A DNA stretch of 26,802 nucleotides from positions 62,001 through 88,802 of the forward strand of contig KZ538277.1 in NCBI GenBank assembly GCA_000934665.2, in the 5' to 3' direction. The notes beneath the pieces were generated by a model. That model searched no databases. It worked only from the letters and a program-made list of their open reading frames with translations, and was not told the origin of the DNA. This DNA comes from Catajapyx aquilonaris. Taxonomy: Eukaryota. Position 1 is the stretch's first letter; the number at the start of each line of letters is the position of its first letter. Positions 24,908 through 26,802 of the stretch are shown in pieces. Both the position numbers and the translations under genes were made by a program.

Positions 24908-26235
24908 TATATGTGACTGGGTAGGCCTACATAGTACACATAATATTTGTTACTGTGCCATCTCTACCTACAGAATTCAAGAGAAGGTGACTAGAGTATC
25001 AATAAACGGATTGAACATGGCACCGTATCTTTTGTCCCAATAGAATGGGCAGAGAGCAAAAAGCTTGCCGTTTAAGCAAGCTTCCTCAAAACAAAATTCC
25101 CCGAGGATTCATTTGATGGAGGGAGCTTGTATAGGAAGGGACTTTCTAGAGGGGTAGGCTAGAGGGGAGGGGGGGTATAGGAGGGAGGAAAAGTGCTTAT
25201 ATAGAATTTTGCCATATCCTCCCAGCAACGCCCTTCTATCCCCATTCTCCCTCCCCCTTCATAAATATTCAGAAGCAGTGGAAGACTCGCTGGGCATGGA
25301 AACGAGGTTGCCGTTATTCGCATTGCCAATGCAAGCTGTCGGCCAATCAGACGAGTCGACATGTTACTACAACTAGAAGGAATTTGGGACCCAACAATTG
25401 ATGCGTTTTTGGCCGACAACAGAGGGCGTAAGCGGCGCAAACGCTCGAATCTGGCGCCATCTCGGGAGCTGGATGGAAAATGCGGCTTCCAAAACTTTTC
25501 ACGTCCGTTTTGGTGAAGGATTTACAAGACCCAAGTCCCATCATCCCTCAGGCGGCACGCAACAGAATAATGGCCGCCTTTTGGCTCGCCTTGCACAAAA
25601 CACTCCGCATACACTAGAGTTACATCAAACATTGTTGTCAACTCTCTGATTCCATTTGTCCCTCGGTACAAATTGATTCACACTAACCATAAATCAATCT
25701 ATTGTTACTCGACATCAGCCAAGATGCGCAATATTTACTCAGTTTTGTACGCAAATTGCGATGACGACCTATGTTTATGACGTATTAGGCCTAGACAACA
25801 ATGGATGACTGGCATGTCACGGGGTCGCACAATAAGCCCAACGACCTTCTCTGAATGTACGCCCGACCTAATGAGAGAAAAGTGAGGTCCTTTTTGGCGG
25901 GGGAGTTCGATAGAGTATACCCTGATATGCACTTTACGAGTCGTGACAGTTGAGAAATGAGGTTTTCAGCCTTACAATTAGGCTGCCACATTGTCTGCAT
26001 GTAACCTGTACACACACAATATCCTAATGAGGTCCCAAAAATATTATGGCTGAAAACCACCCCTCCGATCAATACAAAGCTTATATCACATCGAGCCTCT
26101 GGTTGTTGCAATATACGCAAAAAAAACTGGTTTTATCCTAACTAGTAGGCCACCCGTCTAACAGTAGGAGCTGCAAAGTTGCAGACGTTACAGGAAAGAA
26201 AAAAATTGATGCATGCATACAGGGTGTTCCAGACT

Positions 26236-26487
26236 TATTTCTGCAGCAAGGCTCAACACTGACGCCAGGGGGTGGTCTTCCGACTGGAAATTAGGCCACA
26301 CTGGGGATCTTTAACGTACACTCGCGCAATGAAGCACACGGGACCGACGGCTTTACTACCCCTCCGAAGGAAGGCGCACTCTCACTTTTCTACCACCCGG
26401 AATAAAGTCACCGACCTCGGCCGGGTTCGAACCCACAACTTTGGGACCAGAGGCGAGCGCGCTAACCACCAGTCCACCAGCGCCGGC
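26236..26487 (-). mobile_element. Full-length tRNA-derived SINE with Meta-domain-like core and 8-bp TSD
   Basis: The minus strand reads GCCGGCGCTGGTGGACTGGTGGTTAGCGCGCTCGCC...GGGTTCGAACCC (A and B boxes). The core CCTTCGGAGGGGTAGTAAAGCCGTCGGTCCCGTG...ACGTTAAAGATCCC resembles MetaSINE/Talua/Ruka-type cores from memory. The TSD TCCAGACT lies at 26228-26235 and 26488-26495. Confidence 0.9.
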
Positions 26488-26687
26488 TCCAGACTAGTAA
26501 ATAGCTTGATATGTGCGCAGACTTGCTGGCTCATTATTTTCACGAAAAAATGAGCGATATCACCAAAAATGCTTACTTAGCGGTGTCAATTATTGAATTT
26601 GTGATATCAGGGTGTTAATCCTAAGCGTGTCACCAGAAAAGGTGGTGGTAGAGGGCGCAGGTGTGAGCATTTTTGCATAAGGAACTA

Positions 26688-26802
26688 GGGGTCGGAAACG
26701 CACCCTCACCGAGTCACTCCGCCGCGTGCAGCACGCCTCTTGCACACTGCCTGCCGCAAACTTGAAAGGGGCGTAACTCGGTGAGGGTGCGTTTCCTACC
26801 CC
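26688..26802. mobile_element. Short inverted-repeat element (MITE-like), possibly truncated by the window edge
   Basis: 33-bp inverted repeats at 26688-26720 and 26770-26802 with 3 mismatches (GGGGT[C/A]GGAAACGCACCCTCACCGAGT...), separated by a 49-bp spacer. The right flank and any TSD are not visible. Confidence 0.75.

Overview
This window is AT-rich, largely non-coding animal genomic DNA, most likely from an arthropod. None of the ORFs in the supplied track resembles a protein family I recognise, and I found no homeobox or YPWM exon. The firm landmark is the mir-993 microRNA hairpin at 18596-18659 (+). In arthropods this gene normally lies in the Hox cluster between Hox3/zen and Dfd, so the window is probably Hox-cluster intergenic DNA. 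Upstream of the hairpin are well-formed + strand splice signals that suggest a spliced non-coding host transcript (17101-17200, 18136-18169, 18516 onward), including an AG|GTAA junction that resembles a recursive splice site. The rest consists of GC-richer islands carrying Exd/Hox- and Hth-type motifs, two full-length tRNA-derived SINEs with target-site duplications (TSDs), a near-complete tRNA-like cloverleaf, two MITE-like elements, microsatellites and a 298-nt assembly gap. I see no clear evidence of a wholly new system. The most promising leads concern how mir-993 is transcribed and processed.
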